This document shows positions 18,059 to 27,167 of a stretch of DNA of 64,000 nucleotides, piece after piece. The DNA comes from Thermofilaceae archaeon (GTDB lineage Archaea; Thermoproteota; Thermoprotei; Thermofilales; Thermofilaceae): contig JAVYWK010000010.1 in NCBI GenBank assembly GCA_038727095.1, positions 1 to 64,000 of the forward strand, written 5' to 3'. Both the position numbers and the translations under genes were made by a program. Within the stretch, counting starts at the first letter, position 1. Every line of letters begins with the position of its first letter. The notes beneath the pieces were generated by a model. That model was not told the origin of the DNA. It did no database searches and saw only the letters and a program-made list of their open reading frames with translations.

Positions 18059-19462
18059 GTGAGAGGAATGCGCGGTTTCGTGCCGAAGGTGGGCTTGCTA
18101 GCCCTCGGCGACCCCCGCGAAGAGGTCCCCTGGCGCGAGGAGGAGGTTAAGCGAGCCGCCGCTTTAGCCGGAACGCTCCCCTCCTTTAGCGTTGATGTCC
18201 GCGCGGCTAAGGGTGTTTCGAGGAGCACCGTCGAGGTGAGGGCGGCGGTTAGCGAGCTGCTTGAGTGGGATCCGGACATGGTCCTCCTCTACGTGCCCAT
18301 CTGGACCTACCCTTCGCTGACCGTTGAGGCGGCCGAGCTCGCGGTAAAGGAGGTTCCGCTCATCGCCGTCTACGGCGACGTCCTCAGCGGCCTGCTGGCT
18401 TCGGCTGGCGCGCTCGGGCAGGTGGGGATCCGCAGGTTCGTGCTCTGGGGGTCGGTGGAGGAGGTTGCAAGGAGGGTTGCCACGCTGGCTCGGGCTGCGA
18501 TGGCCGCCAAGCGGCTGCGGGGCGCGGTTCTAGCGCTCATCGGGGGGCGGGCGCTGGGGATGTACACGGTCACTGCCGACCCCTCCCAGGTCAAGGCGCT
18601 GTTCGGCGTGGACGTCGAGCACGTCGATCAGCTCGAGCTGCTCAGAAGAGCTGAGAGCGTCGATGAGGGGCTCGTGGAGCGGCACTTCAAGTGGCTGGTG
18701 GAAAGGGTGGGTAGGGTGCTCTACGACGGGAGGGTGCTGACCCAGGAGAAGCTGAGGAAGCAGGTTCGCCTCTACCTGGCCATGAAGGGCCTTGTCGCGG
18801 AGCGCGGCTTCAGCTTCTGCGGGTTGAAGTGCCAGCCCGAGCTCAGCGACGGGTACGTTGACGCCTGCGTAGCGGTGGCGCTGCTCAACGACCCCTACGA
18901 CGCGGACGGGTTTAGGGAGCCCGTGGTGTGCGCCTGCGAGACGGACGTGGACGGCGCCCTGACGATGCAGGTGCTCAAGCTGGTCTCCGGCGGTAAACCG
19001 ACGACTCTGATGGACCTCCTCGTCTACGACGGGGAAAGGCAGCTGCTCTACATGGGCAACTGCGGCGGCATGGCAACCTGGTTCGCTGAAGCATCGAGCA
19101 GCCCGGAGGAGAACTTGAAGAGCGTGCACCTCCTTCCGCAAGTGCAGGGGAAGGCTGGCGGCGCGGCGACGCAGTACGTCGCACCCGAGCTAACGCTGAC
19201 CCTAGCCAGGCTCTACCGAGTGGCGGGCAGATACCACATGGTCGCAGCCCTAGCTAGGAGCGTCCGAGTCGTTAGAGAGGAGCTCAAGAGGAGCATCGAA
19301 CCGTGGCCGCACATCGTCGTGCGCGCGAGGCCGGAGGGCGTGAGGAGGCTGGTTGAGACCGTGGGGGCGAACCACCTGCACGCCGTAGCGGGCGACTACC
19401 TGGAGGAGCTCAGGGTGTTCTGCGAGCTCAAGGGGATCGACTTCCACGAGATCGAGCTTTAG
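18059..19462 (+). CDS. L-fucose/L-arabinose isomerase family protein
   Basis: GGRALGMYT, KCQPELS, ACETDVDGALTM, NCG, WPH, ANHLH. Confidence 0.85.
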   Translation: MRGMRGFVPKVGLLALGDPREEVPWREEEVKRAAALAGTLPSFSVDVRAAKGVSRSTVEVRAAVSELLEWDPDMVLLYVPIWTYPSLTVEAAELAVKEVPLIAVYGDVLSGLLASAGALGQVGIRRFVLWGSVEEVARRVATLARAAMAAKRLRGAVLALIGGRALGMYTVTADPSQVKALFGVDVEHVDQLELLRRAESVDEGLVERHFKWLVERVGRVLYDGRVLTQEKLRKQVRLYLAMKGLVAERGFSFCGLKCQPELSDGYVDACVAVALLNDPYDADGFREPVVCACETDVDGALTMQVLKLVSGGKPTTLMDLLVYDGERQLLYMGNCGGMATWFAEASSSPEENLKSVHLLPQVQGKAGGAATQYVAPELTLTLARLYRVAGRYHMVAALARSVRVVREELKRSIEPWPHIVVRARPEGVRRLVETVGANHLHAVAGDYLEELRVFCELKGIDFHEIEL

Positions 19463-20871
19463 TCCACGGGCTCCTCGAGGCTCTCAACCTCGAGCACCTC
19501 CAGCTTGAAGTCCCACTTGTCGTAGTAGAGGTTTCCTTCCTCGTACTCAACTTCACCGCGCTGGCTATCGACGGGGTCGGAGCGGAAGTGCTTCTTCGGA
19601 GGGTCGAAGGGGTGGGAGATCTCGATGTTAGCGGCCAGCCTGTAGCCCTCGATGCCGCCGAAGTAGAAGCTCCTCCGCCACTCCTCGCCGTGCCTCGCAC
19701 CACCGAAGCTGGGGTCGGCGTAGAGCCACCCGTACGGCTCCACGTAGAACTGGGCCCAATCGTGCATCCCCCAGCTCACCGGGTTCATGTACCACGCGGA
19801 CTCCCACCTCGCCGGTACACCTGCGATGCGGCAGAGCGTTATGAAGAGGATCGCTTGCATACCGCAGTCGCCCCTCCTCTCCCTCGCTACGTACTCGGCA
19901 ATGCAGTCGTACAGCGCGTAATCCCTGGCGTACGTGTACCGGACGTTCTCCGTTACCCAATCCCAGATTCTCCTCGCCTTTAGGTAGGGGTTCTCCTCGC
20001 CGCCGACTATTCGGCTGGCCAGCTCCCTCAGGTAGGGGGTGAAGACGATGTGCGGTGGCCTCTCCCGCGTGTACGCCTCGCACACCTCGCTCCCCTCGTC
20101 CAGGTAGGCTTCGCGCGGGTCAACTTCCACGTGGAACCCCCTCGCTACGAACTCGTACTCGATGAAGCAGCGCGCCCCCTCTCTCCCCTGTTCCAGCTCG
20201 AAGTAGGCAGTCCTCTGCGGGTGTTCCTCCGGCGCGATGCGTTTCGGTTGAGGCTCAGCCTTGAGGACGCGAACTTCCGGGTGGAGACCGGAAACTCGGG
20301 GTAGGGGGATCCAAACTCTCAACGTGCTGCCCACCGGAGCGGCGCCCGGCTTCACCACGACCTCCGCGCGAACCCTGTACTTGAGCGGGAGGACGTAGCC
20401 ACCCCCCGTTCTGCGCGCCGCCTCAACCACCCTTTGCACCCTCTCCTTCAGCGCGATCCTCGCCGCCCACTCCCTCTCATCCCTACCCCTCTTTCTGCGC
20501 TGCTTCAGCTCGGGGCAGAGCCAGAAGGCGTTCGGCACGAACCTCCGCAGCAGCCTCACCTCACCGTCCAAGAGCGCGTGATCCAGGCAGCCTCTCGCGA
20601 GGAGCTCACCCATCTCCTCAAACCTCAAGTCGGGTATGGTCTTCTGAAGCTCACGAAAACCCTCCTCCAGCCCGTAGGGGAACTCGAACCTCCACCTGGC
20701 GATGCGGTCCAGCTCGAACTCCAGCCTCACCTTTCGCGCACCACCGCAGCTGGGGAGCAGCCTCCTGATCTCGTCCTCCGCTCTCGACAGCTCCCCTCTC
20801 TCAAGGAGCTCTCGAACGTTATCGGGCAGCGGCTCAAGCGTGAACCAGAGCTCGTTCAGCTCCGGGCGCAC
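19459..20871 (-). CDS. Transglutaminase-like domain protein
   Basis: Triad motifs GDCGMQA, HDWAQFY, YADPS; RIAGVPARW. Confidence 0.85.
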   Translation of the reverse strand: MRPELNELWFTLEPLPDNVRELLERGELSRAEDEIRRLLPSCGGARKVRLEFELDRIARWRFEFPYGLEEGFRELQKTIPDLRFEEMGELLARGCLDHALLDGEVRLLRRFVPNAFWLCPELKQRRKRGRDEREWAARIALKERVQRVVEAARRTGGGYVLPLKYRVRAEVVVKPGAAPVGSTLRVWIPLPRVSGLHPEVRVLKAEPQPKRIAPEEHPQRTAYFELEQGREGARCFIEYEFVARGFHVEVDPREAYLDEGSEVCEAYTRERPPHIVFTPYLRELASRIVGGEENPYLKARRIWDWVTENVRYTYARDYALYDCIAEYVARERRGDCGMQAILFITLCRIAGVPARWESAWYMNPVSWGMHDWAQFYVEPYGWLYADPSFGGARHGEEWRRSFYFGGIEGYRLAANIEISHPFDPPKKHFRSDPVDSQRGEVEYEEGNLYYDKWDFKLEVLEVESLEEPVD

Positions 20872-20933
20872 AACTCTGTGCGCCCGGTGTGCGGAAAAGC
20901 TTATCCTTTCCTACTGATTGGAAAGAGGGGGTT

Positions 20934-21290
20934 GTGGAGGGATTCGACCTGGAAGAGGCCTTACGCAAGCTGCTGGAGCAGCTGGAATTCCAGCCGGAGA
21001 AGGCGCTCGAGGAGGCTGAAGCTCTCCTCAGGCAGGCCTCCCGGAGGGTGCTGCAAGCCGCTGCTACCGCAACCAGCTTGGAGAGGCCACGGCTCCTCGA
21101 CCTGGCCTTCAACCTCGAGAGCGTAGCTCGATCGATGAAGGCTGCGAGAATCCGCCTTAGAGCTGCGCGCTCGGATGAGGACGTGAGGCTCGCCCTATCG
21201 GATGCCCGGCTGGATCTGGAGGAGAGCTTGAGTTACGCGGCGCAGTCGCGCGATCTTCTTGCAAGGGGGGCCCGGCGGCAACCCTTATAA
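20934..21290 (+). CDS. Hypothetical alpha-helical protein
   Basis: Host-like codon usage, helical heptad pattern; GTG start inferred. Confidence 0.6.
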   Translation: MEGFDLEEALRKLLEQLEFQPEKALEEAEALLRQASRRVLQAAATATSLERPRLLDLAFNLESVARSMKAARIRLRAARSDEDVRLALSDARLDLEESLSYAAQSRDLLARGARRQPL

Positions 21291-21324
21291 CTTCCGCCCC
21301 GGAAGCAACTTCCGGGGCGGAAGT
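21290..21324. promoter_or_regulatory. 16-bp perfect inverted repeat (putative operator) between TATA box and ATPase start
   Basis: ACTTCCGCCCCGGAAG-CAA-CTTCCGGGGCGGAAGT directly after CCCTTATAA, overlapping GTG 21323. Confidence 0.75.
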
Positions 21325-22399
21325 GCTCTTTGACCCTCGCCCGAAGACGAGCAGGAGGGACCTCTTCGACTTTGAGAGGGAGCTGGAGAGGCTGACAGGG
21401 CTCTTGAGCGAGCCGATGGTGGTCGTCTCGGGGTTGAGGAGGACGGGGAAGACCTCGCTCGTGCTCACGGCGCTCAACGAGGTGGAGAAGCCCTACGTCT
21501 ACGTCGACCTGAGGGAGGGCTTTGCCTCCACAAGGGAGCTGTACAAGCTCCTCTCAAGGTCCGTGAGCGACTTCCTAAAGCGCTCCTCAAAGTGGAGGGG
21601 TGCTGCCGAGCTGCTCCAGCGCCTACTCTCGAGGGTGCGGGGCGTGTCGATCCTAGGCCTCGAAGTCTCGATCGCCTGGGCTCCCAGGGAGAGGCCCCTG
21701 ATAGCGGAGCTCTTCTCCGCCCTCGACGAGCTGGGTGAGCGCCTGGGGGAGAGAGTGGTGGTCGTGTTCGACGAGTTCCAGAGGTCGAGAGGTAGCGTTG
21801 GCGTAACGCTCCACAGCGCCATCGCTCACTCCTACGACTTCCACGGGAACCTGACCTTCGTGCTGACCGGCTCGGAGATGGGAGTGCTTTACGGGATCCT
21901 CGGGGACGCGGGGAACCCAATCTACGGCAGAGCGTACGTCGAGGTGAGGACGAGGAAGCTCTCGCGCGACGAGTCCCTCAGCTTCCTGGAAGCCGGTTTC
22001 GCCGAAGCCGGTGTTGACGTTGATCGCGGGGAGCTCGAGCGCGCCGTCGACGAGCTGGACGGGATCATTGGGTGGCTCACCTACTACGGCTACCTCAGGT
22101 TGAAGGGTTCGCGGGGGCTGGAGGAAGTGGTGGCGAAAGCCGTTGAAGTGGCGAAGGGCGAGCTCGAATCCTTCCTCGCGACGAGGTTCAGCAGGAGGTA
22201 TCGCCTCATCCTCAGGCTCCTCGCGCAGGGTGTTACCGAGTGGGGTTCACTCAAGCGGCGTCTGGAGGCGGTTGAAGGCAGGGAGGTGAGCGATCGAGCC
22301 CTCTACGAGGTGCTCCAGCAGCTGAAGAAGCACTCGATAATCGACGAGGAGAACAGGTTCACCGACCCGATCGTGAGGAGAGCTGCGGCAGAGTTATAG
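21323..22399 (+). CDS. Archaeal ATPase (ATPase_2 type) with C-terminal winged helix
   Basis: MLFDPRPK, Walker A GLRRTGKTS, Walker B VVFDEFQ, LTGS, DGIIGWL. Confidence 0.9.
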   Translation: MLFDPRPKTSRRDLFDFERELERLTGLLSEPMVVVSGLRRTGKTSLVLTALNEVEKPYVYVDLREGFASTRELYKLLSRSVSDFLKRSSKWRGAAELLQRLLSRVRGVSILGLEVSIAWAPRERPLIAELFSALDELGERLGERVVVVFDEFQRSRGSVGVTLHSAIAHSYDFHGNLTFVLTGSEMGVLYGILGDAGNPIYGRAYVEVRTRKLSRDESLSFLEAGFAEAGVDVDRGELERAVDELDGIIGWLTYYGYLRLKGSRGLEEVVAKAVEVAKGELESFLATRFSRRYRLILRLLAQGVTEWGSLKRRLEAVEGREVSDRALYEVLQQLKKHSIIDEENRFTDPIVRRAAAEL

Positions 22400-22434
22400 A
22401 GGAGCCGTTATAAACTACTCCCCCACGGTATCCC

Positions 22435-22845
22435 GTGCCCAACCTGGCGTTCAGGATCGATTCGATCAGGGCCGACAGGTACGGCTTCGAGGCCGTCCAG
22501 CAGCTCTCAGTTAACATGAACATTACGCTGGGCAAGCTGGAGAGGGTGGGGCAGGCATACGCTACGAGCTTCCTGATCAAAGTCGAGTACGCGCCACCCA
22601 TCGCCTCCGTCGAGATCAAGGGGGCTGTGCAAGCAACACCGCTCAACGAGGAGGAGAAGAGCGACTTGGAGAAGGGGGTGGCGTCGGGGCAGCCTCCCCC
22701 GCAGCTCGTCGCCTCCATCTTCAGCTACGTGCTCCCCGTGCTCGCCCTCCTCACGAGGGAGATCGGGCTCCCCCCTCCCGTCCCCCTCCCACTACCGGCT
22801 CCGCAGCAGCCGGAGGGTAAGAGGCCTCCGCCCAGCTACGTCTGA
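22435..22845 (+). CDS. Hypothetical protein, possible SecB-like fold
   Basis: Four beta-strand pattern, then helices ending in REIGLPPPVPLP. Confidence 0.55.
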   Translation: MPNLAFRIDSIRADRYGFEAVQQLSVNMNITLGKLERVGQAYATSFLIKVEYAPPIASVEIKGAVQATPLNEEEKSDLEKGVASGQPPPQLVASIFSYVLPVLALLTREIGLPPPVPLPLPAPQQPEGKRPPPSYV

Positions 22846-23600
22846 AGAGCCCTCAGCAGCTCTTGGAAGTCGACCTTCAGCCGACCGCCGGGGGCGTTAG
22901 CCCTGTAGACAACCCTCAACCCGGCCTCCTCAGCCAGCCTGGCAAGCTTAACCGAGTAATCCGCGCTCAGTACGCTCGTCGTGAGGCAGGCAGCCGGCCT
23001 CCCTCCGCACTTGCCCGCGAGCGCCTTGAGGAACGCGGCCACCGGTGCAGCAGGTCGACCAGCCCAGATCGGCGAGGCGAGGATGTAGGCGTCGTAGGCG
23101 CAGGGGTCGAAGTCGACGATAATGTCGGCCCTACCGAGGAAAGTATCGAATATCAACCTGGGGTTCAGGTGGAGGGGTTTACTGTACTCCCTCCTCACCC
23201 TTATCTCGCGCACATCCACGTCAGCGCCCAAGCCCCTCAGCGACTCAGCCACCTCCGCGGCCAGCGCCCTCGTCACACCCGTCCTTGAGTAGAAGGCCAG
23301 CAGAATCCTCGGCTTGAAGCTGAACGCCCCCTCAAGCCTATAGCCGTGCGAGACAAGCTCGGCCACAACCCTGTATCTACCCCTCGCCGGGGGCTTCCAC
23401 TTCATCGCAAGGCTCCTGTAACCCTCGCTGTCGGAGCGGGAGCGCCACCTCCACTCCTGGGATACGCCGCCGGGCCCCTCAATCCTAAGGTACCACTCGT
23501 GCTCGAGGCAGTAGCACTGCAGCTCGGGTTTCAAGGACACGCACACAAGCACGCCGTCGTCCTCCTCAGTCACCCTGAGAGTGAGGGGTTCCACGGCCAC
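22836..23600 (-). CDS. Flavodoxin-domain protein with N-terminal beta domain
   Basis: FYSRTGVT phosphate loop, ASPIWAG. Confidence 0.75.
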   Translation of the reverse strand: MAVEPLTLRVTEEDDGVLVCVSLKPELQCYCLEHEWYLRIEGPGGVSQEWRWRSRSDSEGYRSLAMKWKPPARGRYRVVAELVSHGYRLEGAFSFKPRILLAFYSRTGVTRALAAEVAESLRGLGADVDVREIRVRREYSKPLHLNPRLIFDTFLGRADIIVDFDPCAYDAYILASPIWAGRPAAPVAAFLKALAGKCGGRPAACLTTSVLSADYSVKLARLAEEAGLRVVYRANAPGGRLKVDFQELLRALQT

Positions 23601-23618
23601 CAGTTGCTTGACACTAAT

Positions 23619-23975
23619 TTAGCTTAACGCTATCGAAGCCACGCCCATCAGGATCAGCGCGACACCCAGAACCTTCGCCAGAGTAACGCTCTCCCCGAAG
23701 AGAAGCCAACCAACGATTAGGGCTAGAGCGTAGTTCAAGCTGATGACCGGGTAGAGCTCGCTCAGCTCGCCGCGGCTGAGCGCTGCCAGCCAAGCGAGAG
23801 TCGATAGGGCGTACAGCGCGAACCCCGCGATCACCCTCCAGTCCAAAAGCAGCTTGAGGAGCGACGCCGCATCAAGGCTCATGCCGCGCGGAACCGCGTA
23901 CCGCCAAGCGATCTGGCCCAGCAAGCCGAGAGCAGCTGACACTAAAGCCAGGAGGAAACCCGCCTTCACGCCCAC
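23619..23975 (-). CDS. Small 4-TM EamA/SMR (ArnE/ArnF-like) transporter
   Basis: ALSRGELSELYP, FGESVT, GVALILMGV; start reassigned to GTG 23975. Confidence 0.8.
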   Translation of the reverse strand: MGVKAGFLLALVSAALGLLGQIAWRYAVPRGMSLDAASLLKLLLDWRVIAGFALYALSTLAWLAALSRGELSELYPVISLNYALALIVGWLLFGESVTLAKVLGVALILMGVASIALS

Positions 23976-24053
23976 CCCATCCAGGGGTGGTAAATAGCTG
24001 TTCCCCCGCGCTCGAGTCAATCCATGTAGCCTGGGATTCCTAGATTTCTTAGC

Positions 24054-24329
24054 ATGCCAGCATTGCTGGTGAAGAACGTCCCGGAGGACCTGATGAGAGA
24101 GCTCAAGAGGCTCAAAGTTGAGCTGGGCTGCAAGACCTGGGTGGAGCTCCTCGAGAAGCTGGTCGAACGGCGGAGGGTCATCGTGGTTGAAGAGGCTGAA
24201 AGGACGAGGGGGGCTGTAGAGGAGTTCCTCGACCTGAGGGAAGCTGTAACAGCGAAGTGGGGTAAAGGCAGCGTCCTCGAGGAGTTCAGGAGTGCTAGGG
24301 GTCATGAAGCTGAAGCTACTGACTCTTGA
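24054..24329 (+). CDS. vapB: VapB-type antitoxin (ribbon-helix-helix)
   Basis: LLVKNVPEDLMRELK; immediately upstream of and overlapping a PIN gene. Confidence 0.7.
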   Translation: MPALLVKNVPEDLMRELKRLKVELGCKTWVELLEKLVERRRVIVVEEAERTRGAVEEFLDLREAVTAKWGKGSVLEEFRSARGHEAEATDS

Positions 24330-24714
24330 TGCATACGTGTTCGTGTCCGCCTTGAAGGCCGGCAAGGAGTACAGCGACGAGTGCGCGGCGATACTCCGCA
24401 AACTCCCGGGCAGGTTCATCCCGGCGGAACCGAGCATAGTTTACCAGGAGGTCTGCGAGGCTCTCGCGGGGAGAGTAGGGATGGATGTAGCCCGCAAAGC
24501 GGAAAGGTTCCTGGACTCCGTCCTGCATCCCGAGCTTCTGCAAAACGGCCTACACGCTCTACCGCCAGTAGGGCTTATAGCCGTTGACGCCCTGTACTTG
24601 AAGACCGCACTGGAGGCGGGCACCATACTCGTATCCCTGGATGGAGAGGACTTCGTCTACCGAGCGAGAAGAAGAAACCCTCCCATCAAGGTGTGCCACG
24701 TTTCCAGGTTCTAA
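24292..24714 (+). CDS. vapC: VapC/PIN-domain toxin, possibly degenerate
   Basis: LTLDAYVF, VYQEV, AVDALY, LVSLD acidic PIN residues; ATG 24304 is the likelier start. Confidence 0.7.
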   Translation: MLGVMKLKLLTLDAYVFVSALKAGKEYSDECAAILRKLPGRFIPAEPSIVYQEVCEALAGRVGMDVARKAERFLDSVLHPELLQNGLHALPPVGLIAVDALYLKTALEAGTILVSLDGEDFVYRARRRNPPIKVCHVSRF

Positions 24715-24806
24715 CCCTAATTGTTCACGCGCCTCCAGCACGTTCGCCCTCTAACGTCGGTTTCAAGCATACGTTACAGCTAAATAGGCGAGACTGCACC
24801 CTTCAC

Positions 24807-26096
24807 GTGCCCACGGTAGAGCCGCTGGATGTTTGGAGGATCCTGAAGGGAGCGGGCGTTAAACGGGTTCTGTACATCGTTGCCGACATTACCGGGAAGC
24901 CGAGGGGGGTATCCTTCCACATAGACGAGGCCAAGCGCGCTTTCAAAGAAGGTGTACCCTTCGACGGCTCATCAGTACCCTCCTACGCGAGGGTCCACGA
25001 GAGCGACGTACTCGCAGAGCCGGATCCCTCAGCCGTCTACGTGGAGCCCTGGAGGAGGACGGCTTGGGTTTTCTGCCGCATCGCCGACCCTCCATCGGCT
25101 GCCGCGCGCGACCCGAGGCTCCTACTCGAGCGCGCTGTCGATAAGCTGAGGGCCAACGGTTACGCAGCCACGATCGGCATCGAGGTTGAATTCTTCCTCG
25201 TCCGCGTCGAGGGGGGCAGGGTCGTGCCGGCCGACGATGGGTGCTACTTCGATGTTCAGCAGCCCCCGCTCAAAGTCGTGGAGCGCATAGAAGCTGCCGC
25301 GAGGAGGGCTGGGCTAGGGGGCTCAAAGGTGCACCACGAGGTGGCGCCGGGCCAGTACGAGTACAACCTGCCCCCGCTCGATCCCATGCGCGCGGCGGAC
25401 AGCTTCCTCTTCCTCAAGCACATCGCTTCGACTGTGGCTGGCGCCCACGGCTTGAGAGCCACATTCATGCCGAAACCCTTCTGGGGGGTCAACGGGAGCG
25501 GAGCCCACGTCCACCTGAGCCTACGAGCGCTCGGCGAGAACGCGAACGGCGGTAACGGCTCGATGGAGGAGATCGGTGTGCGGTGCCTAGCGGGAGTCCT
25601 CAAGTACTCGAAGCCGCTCGCCGCTGTCGCGGCTCCCACGGTGAACTCGTACAAGCGGCTCGTCCCCCACCACGAGGCGCCCACGAGGTTGGTATGGGGC
25701 TACGCGAACAGGAGCGCGCTGGTCAGAGTGCCGAGGTACGGAAGCTCGATCGCCCGCATCGAGGTGAGGGAGCCCGATCCCTTGATGAACCCCTACCTGA
25801 CCCTAGCCCTCCTCCTGACATCCGCTTTAAAAGGGTTGGAGGAAGGGGGTGAACCGCCGGAACCTCTAGCAGCCTCAGCCTATGATGTACCGGGAACCGA
25901 GGAAACACCCCCAAACCTGCAGGCTGCACTGCAGGAGTTCGAGAGAGCCTCCCACGAGCTAGAAGTGCCAGGCGAGCTTGCGTCAGCCTACCTAGAGGTG
26001 AAGAAGAGGGAGTGGAGGGAGTACATCGAGGCTGCCGGCCCCTGGGAGAAAACATGGAATCTAATCACCGACTGGGAGTACAAAAAGTACCTCTGA
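24807..26096 (+). CDS. glnA: Glutamine synthetase type I family protein
   Basis: FDGSS, GIEVEFFL, HHEVAPGQYE, FMPKP, NGSGAHVH, NSYKRL, NRSALVRVP, RIEVR. Confidence 0.9.
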   Translation: MPTVEPLDVWRILKGAGVKRVLYIVADITGKPRGVSFHIDEAKRAFKEGVPFDGSSVPSYARVHESDVLAEPDPSAVYVEPWRRTAWVFCRIADPPSAAARDPRLLLERAVDKLRANGYAATIGIEVEFFLVRVEGGRVVPADDGCYFDVQQPPLKVVERIEAAARRAGLGGSKVHHEVAPGQYEYNLPPLDPMRAADSFLFLKHIASTVAGAHGLRATFMPKPFWGVNGSGAHVHLSLRALGENANGGNGSMEEIGVRCLAGVLKYSKPLAAVAAPTVNSYKRLVPHHEAPTRLVWGYANRSALVRVPRYGSSIARIEVREPDPLMNPYLTLALLLTSALKGLEEGGEPPEPLAASAYDVPGTEETPPNLQAALQEFERASHELEVPGELASAYLEVKKREWREYIEAAGPWEKTWNLITDWEYKKYL

Positions 26097-26135
26097 AACG
26101 GGAAAAGCTTAAGCAGAGAGCCCCACCCACCCCCT

Positions 26136-26189
26136 AGGTGATGAGTTACCTCGGGCGTGAACCGTGAACGAAGCGGTCCTACACTGACC
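26136..26189 (+). ncRNA. Box C/D 2'-O-methylation guide sRNA
   Basis: C box GTGATGA (26138), 12-nt guide, D' GTGA, C' GTGAACGA, 12-nt guide, D box CTGA (26184); GG/CC terminal pairing; TATA-like AAAAGCTTAAG about 25 nt upstream. Confidence 0.8.
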
Positions 26190-26325
26190 GTTAGTTTCTA
26201 AAAGATCATCTTATAAAATCATAACGCAAATGTTTTGACAGATAAATAAAGTAAATACTAAGGTTAGTACTATGTTATGATGCCTTCATGCAATACTCTT
26301 AAATAGTATTCCACGAGAAAACCTT

Positions 26326-27162
26326 GTGAAAAACGAGAGGTGGGGGACGATTTACACCCCCTACGTGGTAGGCAGGCTAGCAGTAGTGCCGGGAGCTGTT
26401 CCCTTCGTATTCCACATTAGGTTTAAACCGGAAGCGTTAACCGCGGTGGGGGTTTTAGACAAGCTCGTAGACGTGCTGGCGGGAATGGGCGTACCAATTC
26501 TCCTCCTGAAAGTTTCTGCAGCTAGAGCGGGAGAGGCCTTAACGGCTATACTGATAGCAGACTTGAAGGGCAAGGAGAGGATGGCTGAGGATATCGCTCA
26601 AAAAATGAAGCGGGTCCCGTACGTCTCCGATGTTCTGTACGCTCCACCGATCGTGGACGGCGTAGCTATCGATCCCTTCTCCTTCCCCCTATTACTGCAA
26701 GGTGATAGGGCGATCATTTTCTCGCGGCCGATATACGAGGGTTTAGTGAAGGAGGGTTGGCAGAGGTTTGGAACGCCGTACGCTATCCTGCTTTACACCG
26801 TTGGCTACGGGGCAGGCTTCCGCGGGTACGAGAAGCACAGCAAGATCGTCGATAGGCGCCATGCTTGGAAGCTGTTTGAATCCTACCTCTTGGCCGTGGG
26901 CTTCGGGAGGTTCGAGATCGTCAGGCTTGACGACGAGCGGAGGGAGGCGGTTGTAAGGGTTTACAACAGCTTCGAGTGCGAGCTGTTCCGGGGTGCCGGG
27001 GAAATCAGGGGGAATTTCATCAGGGGCTTAATCGCGGGCTGGCTCGCGGGGTACTGGGGGGTTACAGGCGAGTTCGAGGTTGTAGCGAGAGAGATGAGGT
27101 GCATTGCAAAGGGGGACCCGTACTGCGAGTACGTAGCCCGAGTAGAGAGGAAAGCGGTTTAA
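26326..27162 (+). CDS. V4R-domain protein with N-terminal ACT-like domain
   Basis: GFGRFEI, YNSFECE, FIRGLIAG, EMRCIAKGDPYCEY. Confidence 0.85.
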   Translation: MKNERWGTIYTPYVVGRLAVVPGAVPFVFHIRFKPEALTAVGVLDKLVDVLAGMGVPILLLKVSAARAGEALTAILIADLKGKERMAEDIAQKMKRVPYVSDVLYAPPIVDGVAIDPFSFPLLLQGDRAIIFSRPIYEGLVKEGWQRFGTPYAILLYTVGYGAGFRGYEKHSKIVDRRHAWKLFESYLLAVGFGRFEIVRLDDERREAVVRVYNSFECELFRGAGEIRGNFIRGLIAGWLAGYWGVTGEFEVVAREMRCIAKGDPYCEYVARVERKAV

Positions 27163-27167
27163 TCCGA

